Source: Candidatus Daviesbacteria bacterium (lineage in GTDB: Bacteria; Patescibacteriota; Microgenomatia; Daviesbacterales; UBA10151). From it: a stretch of DNA of 64,000 nucleotides. The translations under genes and the position numbers were made by a program. The first letter of the stretch is position 1. The number at the start of each line of letters is the position of its first letter. Positions 1 through 10,094 of this stretch are shown here, piece after piece. The notes under the pieces were generated by a model. The model searched no databases. It saw only the letters and a list, made by a program, of their open reading frames with translations, and was not told where the DNA came from. The stretch is taken from positions 26,014 through 90,013 of the forward strand of contig JACPKL010000010.1 of assembly GCA_016187035.1 (NCBI GenBank). The letters run 5' to 3'.

Positions 1-158
1 AACAAAACACTGTTAGTGTAGACACAAAAGATATCACTCTTAAAGCCAACGGCAGGCATGATTGTTGTGTACTGCCCAGGGCAGTTCCAATTGTAGATGC
101 AATGGCAGCACTGGTAATTATAGATCATTACTTAAGGCACAAGGCACAGAATCTATGA
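1..158 (+). CDS. aroC: chorismate synthase, C-terminal fragment (runs off window start)
   Basis: Frame 3 reads ...[38 protein letters not shown], the AroC GRHD..PRAVPIVEAM signature; missing from ORF track. Confidence 0.9.
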   Translation, partial: QNTVSVDTKDITLKANGRHDCCVLPRAVPIVDAMAALVIIDHYLRHKAQNL

Positions 159-412
159 TAGGAATTTTACGGGAACAAATTGATATTATTGACGAAAAAC
201 TACTGAAACTTTTGGCAAAAAGGATATCCTTGGTAGAAAAAATCGGAATATACAAAAGACAAAAGAATTTACCAAGCTTTGATGAAAAAAGATGGAATCA
301 GGTTTTAAACTACAGTCTTAAGAAAGCAGAGTCACTTAAACTGTCTAAAGAATTTGTTAAAGAGCTGATGTCTTTAATTCATAAATACTCCTTAAAGACA
401 CAAAAGAGATGA
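155..412 (+). CDS. chorismate mutase (AroQ type)
   Basis: [19 protein letters not shown]...IGIYK motif; start reassigned to ATG 155 (ATGA overlap with aroC stop). Confidence 0.88.
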   Translation: MIGILREQIDIIDEKLLKLLAKRISLVEKIGIYKRQKNLPSFDEKRWNQVLNYSLKKAESLKLSKEFVKELMSLIHKYSLKTQKR

Positions 413-1734
413 AGCAAGTTAGCATTGTCGGATTTGGCAGATTTGGCCAAACATTATACAAATTAATCAAAGACGATTTTTTAATTACTCTTTATGATAA
501 AAAAAAGATAGACGTAAGTTCATCAAAAAATACAAAGATTATAAAAAATATCAAGGAAATATATAATAGTGATGTTATTTTTTTCTGTGTTCCGATTAGT
601 TCCTTTGAACAGGTTATTTCTTCACATAAGAAATACTTCCGCGAAAATCAACTTCTTATAGATGTTCTTTCAGTAAAAATGCATCCTGCTAGGGTTTTCG
701 AAAGATATTTAAAAAATAGTCAAACTCAAGCATTACTTACACATCCGATGTTTGGTCCAGACAGTACTAAGTTTGGTTTCGGAGGATTGCCTTTAATCAT
801 GGATCAATTTATGACTGATGGTCTAAATTTTAAATTTTGGAAAGAATATTTTATAAATAAAAAACTTCGTATTATAGAAATGTCTGCAAAGAAACACGAC
901 GAAATGGCAGCAGATTCCCAAGGTTTAACACATTTTATAGGAAGATTACTCAATGCATATCATTTAAAGAAAACTCCAATTGATTCTTTGGGTACAAAAA
1001 AATTATTGGAAGTTGTAGAACAAACATGTAATGACAGCTGGCAGCTATTTACGGACTTGCAGGTATTTAATCCTTACACCAAACAGATGCGTATCAAATT
1101 AGGTAACACTTATGACCAAATATATAGCAAATTATTACCCATGCAGGTTGATCCCGGATTTATTACTTTTGGTATTCAGGGTGGAAAAGGCAGTTTTAAT
1201 GAGGAAGCTTTGCAATATTATATTAAAAAAGAAAAAATAAAGAATTTTAGAATTAAATATTTATATACCTCGGAAAATGTATTCAAAGCTTTGCATAAAG
1301 GAGGTATTGATAGGGGGCAATTTGCTATACATAATTCTGTCGGAGGCATTGTTGGGGAAAGTGTTCATGCCATGGCAAATTATAAATTTAATATTATTGA
1401 AGAATTTGGAATTAAGATTTCACATGCTTTAATGATAAGGAAAGACGCTAACTTTTCTGACATTACAACAATCATTACCCATCCACAAGTCTTAGCCCAG
1501 TGTCAAAGCTCTTTAGCTAAAAAATATCCTCATCTTAAACAAATATCAGGTGAAAAGGAATTAATAGATCATGCAGTGGTAGCAAAACTGCTATCAGAAA
1601 ATAAATTACCAAAAACTATCGCTACCATGGGGAGCAAAGTCTTATCAAGACTTTATAACTTACAAATTATTGAAGATAATCTGCAGGATGCAAAGGAGAA
1701 TTATACCAGTTTCCTTCAAGTTGCAAGAGTTTAG
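409..1734 (+). CDS. prephenate/arogenate dehydrogenase - prephenate dehydratase fusion (TyrA-PheA, no ACT domain)
   Basis: N-half: GFGRFG, DVLSVK, HPMFGP, HD..A..Q.LTH; C-half: QGGKGSFNEEA, HNSVGG, HPQVLAQC, QDAKENYTSF. Confidence 0.88.
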   Translation: MKQVSIVGFGRFGQTLYKLIKDDFLITLYDKKKIDVSSSKNTKIIKNIKEIYNSDVIFFCVPISSFEQVISSHKKYFRENQLLIDVLSVKMHPARVFERYLKNSQTQALLTHPMFGPDSTKFGFGGLPLIMDQFMTDGLNFKFWKEYFINKKLRIIEMSAKKHDEMAADSQGLTHFIGRLLNAYHLKKTPIDSLGTKKLLEVVEQTCNDSWQLFTDLQVFNPYTKQMRIKLGNTYDQIYSKLLPMQVDPGFITFGIQGGKGSFNEEALQYYIKKEKIKNFRIKYLYTSENVFKALHKGGIDRGQFAIHNSVGGIVGESVHAMANYKFNIIEEFGIKISHALMIRKDANFSDITTIITHPQVLAQCQSSLAKKYPHLKQISGEKELIDHAVVAKLLSENKLPKTIATMGSKVLSRLYNLQIIEDNLQDAKENYTSFLQVARV

Positions 1735-3311
1735 ACAATTTGAATATCTTTAACTTTTAACTGTAAATTTTCAAGACCATTAAACCGATTAATTTCTAAA
1801 TAATATGCTAAGTTTATCAATTGGTCTGCCTTTAAAAGAGTTATCCATTCCCCCATGTTAAAAGCAATAGCATCAATTCCCTCTACTTTAAACTTTAAGT
1901 GTTTACCATTCCCAACCGTTCTAATATTAGAAACTTTCATATCCTTTGTTACAAAAATTGGTCTTAAATTCCCAATTCCGAATGGCTCAAACTGTTGTAT
2001 ATCTTTAACCAAATCTTTATTCAATTTATTAAGCTTAATTTCTGCATCAATTATTAAAATTTTTTCTAAATCTGTTGGAAAATTTATTACAAACTTTTCC
2101 AATCTGTTTTTGAATATTTCAATATGTTTACTCTCAATTGTAAATCCTGCTGCTCCAGGATGACCTCCTACATCAATTAATAAATCTTTCTGCTTTCTAA
2201 TTACTTCCACAATATTTATTCCATCTATGGACCTGGCAGACCCCTTAGAAATAACATTACCTACAGATATAGCGATCGTTGGACGAAAATATTCCTCAGT
2301 AATCCTGCCAGCAATCAAACCAATAATTCCAGTCGACCACTCATGGCTATATAACACATGTATTTTTTTTGATACATCAATTAACGTCTTCGCCTGCTCA
2401 ACAGCTATAGTTGTCATTTGTTGACGCATATTATTCTTCTCGCAAAGTAATTGTGCTAATCTGGCAGCTTTAATTGGGTCTTTAGTGCAAAGCAATCTCA
2501 AAGAATCCATAGCATAACCAAGTCTGCCAATAGCGTTTAGTCTTGGACCAATCACAAACCCTATTTCAAAAGAGGATATACTCCCTAAATTAATATTTGC
2601 TTCATTGATCAGTTTTGATAAACCAAGATTTGTTGTTTGATTTAAAACTTTTAACCCTTCAAATACAAATGCTCTTCCTAAACCAATTAATGGAATTAAA
2701 TCACAAACTGTAGCAATTGCTACAAACTGCAGCAATTCCTTTTGTAGATCTTTTTTGATCATTTCTCTTAATAGACACCAGGCAACAGCTGCTCCACACA
2801 TTTTAGTGGAGTGAACAATAGCAAATGCCTCTGGTAAATTATCTTGCGCAAGATGATGGTCAGTAATAATTAAATCTAGACCTATTTCCTTAGCATATTT
2901 AGCTTGTTCAAAAGCAACAATTCCACAATCTACACTAATAACTACTGTAGCGTGCGAGACTTTAGCGAATTCTAAACCTATTCTGGATAAACCATAACCT
3001 TCTTTTTCTCTATGAGGAATATAAGGTAACACTTTTGCACCCAATGAAGTCAAACCCTTATACACGATAGTTGAGGCGCAAATCCCGTCTGCATCATAAT
3101 CTCCATAAACTACAATTAATTCATTGTTTTGTATTGCTCGCTGAATTCTTTTAACAGCTTTACCTATACCTGGTATTTCTAAATTCTTTTTATAGTCTGA
3201 AATCTTAGGATGAAAAAACTTTGTCCTCTCTTTGAGAGTGTTGATACCACGATTCATAAGTAGCTGTTCAGTCAGGTCATTACTCTTAGAAGGTAATATT
3301 TCCCATTTCAT
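1731..3311 (-). CDS. recJ: single-stranded-DNA exonuclease RecJ
   Basis: YGDYDADG, ITDHH, PRLNAIGRL, GSARS, GGHPGAAG motifs; start placed at MKWEIL. Confidence 0.95.
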   Translation of the reverse strand: MKWEILPSKSNDLTEQLLMNRGINTLKERTKFFHPKISDYKKNLEIPGIGKAVKRIQRAIQNNELIVVYGDYDADGICASTIVYKGLTSLGAKVLPYIPHREKEGYGLSRIGLEFAKVSHATVVISVDCGIVAFEQAKYAKEIGLDLIITDHHLAQDNLPEAFAIVHSTKMCGAAVAWCLLREMIKKDLQKELLQFVAIATVCDLIPLIGLGRAFVFEGLKVLNQTTNLGLSKLINEANINLGSISSFEIGFVIGPRLNAIGRLGYAMDSLRLLCTKDPIKAARLAQLLCEKNNMRQQMTTIAVEQAKTLIDVSKKIHVLYSHEWSTGIIGLIAGRITEEYFRPTIAISVGNVISKGSARSIDGINIVEVIRKQKDLLIDVGGHPGAAGFTIESKHIEIFKNRLEKFVINFPTDLEKILIIDAEIKLNKLNKDLVKDIQQFEPFGIGNLRPIFVTKDMKVSNIRTVGNGKHLKFKVEGIDAIAFNMGEWITLLKADQLINLAYYLEINRFNGLENLQLKVKDIQIV

Positions 3312-3405
3312 ATAGCGCAATTGTATCATAGCTTGATAAACGTAAAAACTTCCACCTTCGACGGAGAACCTTTCCTTTTTCTGACGAAAAACGTAAAATT
3401 ACATC

Positions 3406-4800
3406 ATGGTTTATCAATTACCGATCAAAGTAAAAAATATCATGAATCAATTTATTCAGAAAGGATTTCAAATCTATATAGTTGGAGGAGCTATACGTGA
3501 TTTATTAATGGGTAAAAACATTAAAGATTGGGACTTTACAACAGATGCATCTCCGGAGCAAATTCTGAAAATATTTCCAGAAGGATTTTATGACAATAAG
3601 TTTGGTACAGTCGGCCTTTTAGTAAACAAAGAAATCTTTGAAATCACCACAATGAGAAAAGAAGGTATTTATAAAGATTTCCGTCATCCTATAAAAGTTT
3701 CCTGGACTAATAAAGTTGAGGAGGATCTAGCAAGACGGGATTTTACTATCAATGCTATAGCATTAGGTACCCCTAGCAAACACCTTCCAGTCAAAGATAT
3801 GAAGACACCTAGCACACACCTGGAAGGTGAAACACTGGGAATTATAGATCCATTCCAGGGCGAACCAGATATTAAAAATAGAATCATAAGAGCTGTTGGG
3901 AATCCTGATCTTCGCTTTCAAGAAGATGCACTCAGATTAATCAGAGCTATTAGAATTGCCACACAACTGGAATTTGAAATTGAAAAGGCAACAAAAAATG
4001 CGATCGTTCAAAATGTTACCTTAATTAACAATATAGCTAATGAACGAATTAGAGATGAATTATTCAAAATCTTAGCATCTGATAATAGTTACCAAGGGAT
4101 TACTCTCTTAAGAGAGGTTGGACTATTACAAATTATTTTACCTGAACTTGAAAAATGCTTTGGAATAATTCAACAAGGTTCTAAACATGCAAGAATTTAC
4201 GATATCGGTGAACATTCCTTACTTACCCTAAGGTATACACCTTCAAAAAATCCACTAGTGAGACTTTCTGCTTTACTCCATGATATTGGCAAACCAAAGA
4301 CTTACCAGGTTACTGATGACGGTAATGCAACATTCTATAATCATGATGTGATGGGAGGAAATTTAGTCTTAAAGATTGCTAAAAAGTTTAACTTACCAAA
4401 GAAACAATCGGATAAACTTTTTAAATTAATCCGCTTTCATATGTTTACAGTCTCAGAATACCAAACTGATTCAGCTATCAGACGATTTATTAGAAATGTC
4501 GGATTAGAAAATATCGATGATATGATGGCCCTCAGAATTGGTGACAGATTAGGTGGAGGCACTCAAAAAGAAACTTCTTGGAGAATGGAAAAATTTCAAC
4601 AAAGAATAAAGCAAGTTATGCAAAAACCATTCTCAGTTACTGATTTGAAAGTTGACGGCAATGATGTAATGCAGATACTAAAAATTAATCCGTGTCCAAA
4701 AGTTGGTGAAATTTTACAAGAACTTTTTGAAGAGGTCTTAAAAGATGATTCTAAAAATAATCGTGATTATTTGCTACAAAGAATAAAAGCGTTTTCCTGA
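3406..4800 (+). CDS. cca: tRNA nucleotidyltransferase (CCA-adding/poly(A) polymerase family) with HD domain
   Basis: VGGAIRD, DWDFTT, EDLARRDFTINA, RFQEDALR, LLHDIGKP. Confidence 0.9.
   Translation: MVYQLPIKVKNIMNQFIQKGFQIYIVGGAIRDLLMGKNIKDWDFTTDASPEQILKIFPEGFYDNKFGTVGLLVNKEIFEITTMRKEGIYKDFRHPIKVSWTNKVEEDLARRDFTINAIALGTPSKHLPVKDMKTPSTHLEGETLGIIDPFQGEPDIKNRIIRAVGNPDLRFQEDALRLIRAIRIATQLEFEIEKATKNAIVQNVTLINNIANERIRDELFKILASDNSYQGITLLREVGLLQIILPELEKCFGIIQQGSKHARIYDIGEHSLLTLRYTPSKNPLVRLSALLHDIGKPKTYQVTDDGNATFYNHDVMGGNLVLKIAKKFNLPKKQSDKLFKLIRFHMFTVSEYQTDSAIRRFIRNVGLENIDDMMALRIGDRLGGGTQKETSWRMEKFQQRIKQVMQKPFSVTDLKVDGNDVMQILKINPCPKVGEILQELFEEVLKDDSKNNRDYLLQRIKAFS
3769..3829. repeat. in-frame hairpin-bearing duplication in cca
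   Basis: acccctagcaaacacct (3769) and acacctagcacacacct (3805); caccttccag (3781-3790) is the reverse complement of ctggaaggtg (3820-3829). Confidence 0.6.
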
Positions 4801-5685
4801 TCAATGTCCAAGTTTTTCCTCCCACCAGACAAGGAGTGCGGTAGCGTTAAAGATTGAAGAATATGTTCCAGAAATAATCCCTACGAGAAGAGCTACTACA
4901 AACCATCTGATGGTTTCTCCACCAAAAAGAAACAAAGCAATCAATACAAAAATTACTGTTAAAGAAGTATTTAATGATCTACCTAAAGTTTGAATTATAG
5001 ATAAATCAGCAATTGCAATAAATTGTCTCCCTGCATACTTTGTTAAATTTTCCCTAATTCTATCAAAAACAACTATGGTGTCATGAACAGAAAAACCTAT
5101 CACTGTTAAAAGAGCTGTAACAAAAAGACTGTCCACCTCGACAGATAAGAACTTCCCTAAAATAGCGAACACTCCTATAACAACTAAAATGTCATGGATC
5201 AATGCTATCGCTGCAGCTATTCCAAATCTTAATGACGATTGGGGTTTTGGAATCTTTCTAAAGGAAAATGCAATATATATAACTATAGCAATAGATGCTA
5301 ATATCAATGCAATCAAAGCTTTTTGCTCTAGCTCTTTTCCAATGATTGGCCCAACGTTTTCAACCCTTCTCTCCTCAACCTTACCAAATTTCTGATTTAA
5401 GTTAGTTTTTAATATACTAATTTTTGCTTGATCTATTGGTTTTGCTCTAATAGTATAGGTATTATCTGTAACATAGTTAATCGAACTAACCTCAATACCA
5501 TTATTCGCAATCTCTTGTTTCAAAATATCAATATCTATATTCTTTTCAAATTTATACTCGATCAAAGCTCCACCTATAAAATCTATTCCCAATTTTAACC
5601 CTGAGGTTAATAAATAATATAAACCTGGTAATATTACTAGTAGCGAAAAAGCAAAATACCAACCCTTAAATCTCATCAAATTCAT
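4801..5685 (-). CDS. secF: protein translocase subunit SecF
   Basis: LGIDFIGG, GFSVHDTIVVFDRIRE, RSLNTS. Confidence 0.96.
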   Translation of the reverse strand: MNLMRFKGWYFAFSLLVILPGLYYLLTSGLKLGIDFIGGALIEYKFEKNIDIDILKQEIANNGIEVSSINYVTDNTYTIRAKPIDQAKISILKTNLNQKFGKVEERRVENVGPIIGKELEQKALIALILASIAIVIYIAFSFRKIPKPQSSLRFGIAAAIALIHDILVVIGVFAILGKFLSVEVDSLFVTALLTVIGFSVHDTIVVFDRIRENLTKYAGRQFIAIADLSIIQTLGRSLNTSLTVIFVLIALFLFGGETIRWFVVALLVGIISGTYSSIFNATALLVWWEEKLGH

Positions 5686-6008
5686 TTAAATTGTTTCGCC
5701 TTTCTTAAATCATCTTCCAATTCTTTTACTAAATTATCAGCTTCTTTTTTTATCATTATTTCTATACCATCAATTTTTTCATTCAAAAATTTCCAAATTT
5801 TTATCTGATCGTTTTCGTGTAGATATTTTATAAATATCTTTTTATCTTCGTTTGATAATTTTGAGAGAACTAAATCTAAAATAGTATGATGTATACTCAA
5901 ATCTACTAACTCAGCAAGGTACAACTGCTCCTTGTAAGAAAACTGCATCCCCTCGAGCTTAAGGTTTATTGATTCTATTTCTATCAAATGAGTGTACCAT
6001 TGTTTCAT
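5682..6008 (-). CDS. hypothetical protein
   Basis: 108-aa helical ORF with ATGA overlaps on both sides within the secD-secF operon. Confidence 0.75.
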   Translation of the reverse strand: MKQWYTHLIEIESINLKLEGMQFSYKEQLYLAELVDLSIHHTILDLVLSKLSNEDKKIFIKYLHENDQIKIWKFLNEKIDGIEIMIKKEADNLVKELEDDLRKAKQFK

Positions 6009-6901
6009 GCCTGACTCCTCACCTGAATTGACCCTAAAGGAATCCTATCTTTTGGATCATCTACAAAAAAATATAATACAGCTCCTTTTCTTGATCCCTC
6101 AGCCAATCCTAATAAATCTATTACCTCAGGTGAACCACCAAGATGCTTCCCTGTCCACTCTGCAGGACCTGAATCTGCTATAACTGCTACCACCGCCTGC
6201 CCTGTTTTAGGATTTATTATTAACATCTTTCTGTATTTAAAAAAATCTCTGAAACGATCTACGTTTTCGGCATAACCAGGAACTAAAAATGTTTGAATAG
6301 CTAAATAATAACGTTCTCTTAGTTTATCCATCTCTTTAAATTCTACTTTAGAGGGAGAGAAATAACCCCAAGCGCTAAGTCCTGGTGCAATACCAGCTGA
6401 ACCATATTTTGCAAAATCTACAGCGTTTTCTGTATGAGCATATAAATTATCACCTGGATACCTATATAAATGCTGTTCTCCTCCAATTAATCCATAATTC
6501 CTACTTAATCTTATCCCATCAATTTCTGCTACAACCTCAAAACCAAAATCATCAGAAAGAGCTTGAAGGATTCTTGATTCTTCGACAGAATTCAAAGGTC
6601 TAATTTCTTTAGGAATTTCTTTGCCTAATTGTTCTGCTAATAATACATTTTCGTCAAAACCTTTTAGAATATCATCACGACTTTCCACTAAATAAGCTTT
6701 TGGGGCTGAGATAAGATGGGGAGCAGTTAAAAACAGTAGTCCTCCTAAAGATCCTAAAGCTAAGTGTTTTACTGAAGTTTTGACAAACCAATCTAATGAC
6801 TCCTTATGCTTAATCCAAATTTTTTCTTGTAGACCACGATGACGCGCATCCCATCTAGTCTTAAGATATTCATAATGAGGCCTTTTTGATATAAATTTCA
6901 T
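6005..6901 (-). CDS. membrane-anchored protein with putative RlpA-like double-psi beta-barrel C-terminus
   Basis: One hydrophobic segment; C-terminal INPKTGQAVVAVIADSGP...HLGGSPEV resembles the RlpA/expansin VxVxDxGP motif. Confidence 0.55.
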   Translation of the reverse strand: MKFISKRPHYEYLKTRWDARHRGLQEKIWIKHKESLDWFVKTSVKHLALGSLGGLLFLTAPHLISAPKAYLVESRDDILKGFDENVLLAEQLGKEIPKEIRPLNSVEESRILQALSDDFGFEVVAEIDGIRLSRNYGLIGGEQHLYRYPGDNLYAHTENAVDFAKYGSAGIAPGLSAWGYFSPSKVEFKEMDKLRERYYLAIQTFLVPGYAENVDRFRDFFKYRKMLIINPKTGQAVVAVIADSGPAEWTGKHLGGSPEVIDLLGLAEGSRKGAVLYFFVDDPKDRIPLGSIQVRSQA

Positions 6902-6925
6902 ATGTACCTTTCTTAAATCATGTTT

Positions 6926-8224
6926 TTAATTTCGAATAATAAATTTCAGTAAAGTTCTCGTCACCACTATAGCCGTAAACATTGATACCAAAATACCAAT
7001 TGCTAAAGTTACAGCAAAACCACGTACTACTGATTGTCCCATACTATATAAAATTGCAACTGTGATAAGAGAAGATACATTTGAAGCCCATATTGACGAC
7101 CAAGCTCTTTTAAATCCTAAATCTAGGGCTAACACTTTATTTTTACCCCACCTTAGCTCTTCTTTCATTCTTTCGAAAATTAATATATTTGCATCTACTG
7201 CCATCCCAATTGATAGAATGAATCCAGCTATACCTGCCAAAGTTAAAGTTACTTTAAGTTGTGGAATAAAAAATCCAGTTTTAAAAATTGCTAAAACAAG
7301 TAAACTATAAATTACTAATGCTAGGTTAGCTATTAACCCTAGTTTTCCATAGAATATAGCCATATAAGTAAACACAATAAACAAACCAATAACCCCAGCT
7401 GTAAGACTTTTGCTTATTGATTCTTTACCTAAGGAAGGAGGAATAGAAAAGTTGCTTAAGGGAACTAAGGGGACGCGAAGAGCTCCAGCATTAAGTTGGA
7501 TTGCTAAATTCCTTGCTGTCTCAGTTGTAAAATTACCAGTTATAACAGCATTACCTCCTATAATTTCCTGAGAAACTGTTGGAGCCTCAATTGGTTGATT
7601 ATCTAAGAATATAACCAAGGGTCTACCCACATTTCTTTTAGTTATATCAGCAAATTTTTTAGCCCCCTCAGCAGTAAACTCAATTGCAACCTGTGGTCCA
7701 CTCCTTGCACCTTTGTTACCCCCAAAAACAACTTGAGCTTTTTTAACATCAGCACCTGTAAGATCAGTTGGTTTTGCTAGGAATATTGAGGGTAACCCTG
7801 ACTTAGTAGCTTCAATCTCCTGCGCGGATAAGGTTGCCGGCAATTCTCTAAAATCTAATTGGGCAGTCTTCCCCACTAATTCTGCAGCTTGTGAGGACTC
7901 CTTAATCCCGGGCAGTTGCACAAGAATTCTCCGATTCTCTCCTGTTTTAGAAGTTTGAACAATTGCCTCAGAAACACCAAATAAGTTTATACGTCTCTCG
8001 ATCACATTCCGTGCAGACTCTAAAGCATCATCTCGATCTTTCGGATCAATTTTATCCATTTTTGCTTGAAGTACGTATTCTATTCCTCCTTGCAAATCAA
8101 GTCCTAATCGCAAAGGGAAATGAAAAGGAAAAAACTTATTCGCAATGGGTAACTTAGGTAAATCAATGATAATTGAAATTAGAGTGATAAAGATAATAAA
8201 CCATAAAACGAATCTTGGCTTCAT
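6926..8224 (-). CDS. secD: protein translocase subunit SecD
   Basis: LGLDLQGG, GMAVDANILIFER. Confidence 0.96.
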   Translation of the reverse strand: MKPRFVLWFIIFITLISIIIDLPKLPIANKFFPFHFPLRLGLDLQGGIEYVLQAKMDKIDPKDRDDALESARNVIERRINLFGVSEAIVQTSKTGENRRILVQLPGIKESSQAAELVGKTAQLDFRELPATLSAQEIEATKSGLPSIFLAKPTDLTGADVKKAQVVFGGNKGARSGPQVAIEFTAEGAKKFADITKRNVGRPLVIFLDNQPIEAPTVSQEIIGGNAVITGNFTTETARNLAIQLNAGALRVPLVPLSNFSIPPSLGKESISKSLTAGVIGLFIVFTYMAIFYGKLGLIANLALVIYSLLVLAIFKTGFFIPQLKVTLTLAGIAGFILSIGMAVDANILIFERMKEELRWGKNKVLALDLGFKRAWSSIWASNVSSLITVAILYSMGQSVVRGFAVTLAIGILVSMFTAIVVTRTLLKFIIRN

Positions 8225-8233
8225 AATGAGATT

Positions 8234-8276
8234 AGAAGGTTCCCTTCATTTCCGGAGGAAAGAAGGTTCCCTTCAT
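8234..8276. repeat. triple mini-hairpin array
   Basis: agaaggttcccttcat at 8234-8249 and 8261-8276 (GAAGG-TTC-CCTTC) flanking TTCC-GGA-GGAA. Confidence 0.8.
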
Positions 8277-8282
8277 AACTAC

Positions 8283-8879
8283 CTATATGATTACCCCTTC
8301 TAAAAGCTCATCTTCGTCACCTATTAACATAATCTTTGACTGAAGTAATACTTTTAAGATAAAAGGGTCGCGTCTTCTAACTCTAAAAGTAAATTCTGCT
8401 TCATCCATAAATGAATAGTTTATCTCTTGCTCTCTTTTAGCTTGCTCATCAGCTATGATAACTTGAAGCTCTGGTAAAACTATGCTTCCTACCACTAGAA
8501 GGTTTACATCCTCAGGATCACTTCGTTCACCTTTCAGAAATTTAGTTGAAATAAAAGAATATTTTATTTTGCCAAGCTTTCCTCTATTTTTAATTAAATT
8601 CCCCCCTAATCCAGAGGTCTTTGCAATTAATGCCAACAACTCTCTATAAAAAATATAGTCTTTTCTAAATCTATACAATCTTCTGTTAGCACGCCACTCA
8701 GAAATAACCATTCCATATTTTTCCATTCTAGCAAGTTCTCGTCTAACAGCATTAATTTCCTCAGAAACTCTCCTTACTATTTCTCGAACATGAAAAAGCG
8801 ACTCTTGAGGAGAAGTTAAAAAAAGTTGTAATATCTTTACCCGGACTCTTGATACGAATAACTCTTCTAACATTGCCAC
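8283..8879 (-). CDS. winged-helix transcriptional regulator with degenerate nucleotidyltransferase-like C-domain
   Basis: SRVRVKILQLF...HVREIVRR...INAVRREL wHTH; DVNLLVVG resembles the MNT DxD strand; GGAGG SD. Confidence 0.65.
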   Translation of the reverse strand: MAMLEELFVSRVRVKILQLFLTSPQESLFHVREIVRRVSEEINAVRRELARMEKYGMVISEWRANRRLYRFRKDYIFYRELLALIAKTSGLGGNLIKNRGKLGKIKYSFISTKFLKGERSDPEDVNLLVVGSIVLPELQVIIADEQAKREQEINYSFMDEAEFTFRVRRRDPFILKVLLQSKIMLIGDEDELLEGVII

Positions 8880-8903
8880 CTCCTTTCAGGCAGGCAATTA
8901 AGC

Positions 8904-10094
8904 TTAGTAACTCACTTTGGATCCCTCCGGGACAGTTTGAATCCATATTTGCCCTCTGTTAAATTGAATTTCACGACCATTCATATCAACATATTTAGTC
9001 CTTGAAATCCTTGATTGTTTAATCCATTTACCTTCTATGACATTACCATCCATAAAAAATAAGGCTTTACCTGAACCAGTTGTACCATAAAGTAGATGAA
9101 CATTCCCAGGGTAACCATCATTAGCATTTGACTCCCTTTCAAACTGTATTACTATCATCTTAGGTGTTAATTGGGTGTTTTTGTTTAAATCCATATGAGG
9201 AATACCTCCATTGTTCCTTTTATAGGTATTAGTAGTAGCGTCATAGTTCCACTCCACATTATAAGCTGGCTGATTTTCCCAGAAATTAACTTGAATTTTA
9301 TTGGTTTTCCCTTCGGAATTTCTATCCTCTTTAAAACTCCAAGGGGTAAATTTTTTATCCCATTTCATACCTGCTGAATCAGTGGCTGTCCAACCTCTTT
9401 TAGCTCCAATTTCCCATAGTTTCTGAGTGGTAGAATACATGGTATGTTCTGTTGCTACAGAATGACCCAGTCTTTGATAATCCCTCCAAAATACTGGAAA
9501 ACCTATTGAGAACTGATTAAGATCTTTAACCTCATATTTAATAATCCGACCTAAGGCATCTGCCGGTCCAGGAGTATTTGCTCCACCAACATGAGCATAT
9601 AAGGCATCATATTCTCCTAACCAATCCAAAAAATAGGTCCTGGCTGACCTAACTGGTCCAACTTGTGCATCTGATAAATTACAATAAAATAGAGCCATAA
9701 AACGGGTAATCCCCCCCTCAGCTACAGCTTCATATACAACATCAGCTGAAGACAACCCTGATTGAGGTCTAGCTTCAGAATGATTTTCAATCATCACCGC
9801 CAAAGGTCTTCTTTTTTCCCAAAACTCACGGGCTTTTTTAGTGTGCTTAAACCCATTTAAAGGACAAATTTCAGTTTTGGGTTCATTAGGATCTTCTTCT
9901 GTAATACTTGAAGCACTAGGTAATTTTGATTTTGAAGTATCCTGACTTATTGATGGAGTCTGGCTAGCAACTTTGCTAAAAATAGCATAAGAAACACTAG
10001 CAGAACTACCATATAATAAGGTTGATAAAATTATCAATACTAAAATTTTTTGCAAATTTGTTAATCCTTGAAATATTTCTGTTACTTTATTCAT
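8904..10094 (-). CDS. DUF3048 family (YerB-like) membrane-anchored protein
   Basis: RPLAVMIEN..ARPQSGLSSADVVYE.VAEGGITR, GPVRSAR. Confidence 0.88.
   Translation of the reverse strand: MNKVTEIFQGLTNLQKILVLIILSTLLYGSSASVSYAIFSKVASQTPSISQDTSKSKLPSASSITEEDPNEPKTEICPLNGFKHTKKAREFWEKRRPLAVMIENHSEARPQSGLSSADVVYEAVAEGGITRFMALFYCNLSDAQVGPVRSARTYFLDWLGEYDALYAHVGGANTPGPADALGRIIKYEVKDLNQFSIGFPVFWRDYQRLGHSVATEHTMYSTTQKLWEIGAKRGWTATDSAGMKWDKKFTPWSFKEDRNSEGKTNKIQVNFWENQPAYNVEWNYDATTNTYKRNNGGIPHMDLNKNTQLTPKMIVIQFERESNANDGYPGNVHLLYGTTGSGKALFFMDGNVIEGKWIKQSRISRTKYVDMNGREIQFNRGQIWIQTVPEGSKVSY

Noticed and set aside
62..154. N-terminal extension of the chorismate mutase ORF
   Set aside because: Overlaps the aroC C-terminus in another frame; ATG 155 gives an ATGA overlap.
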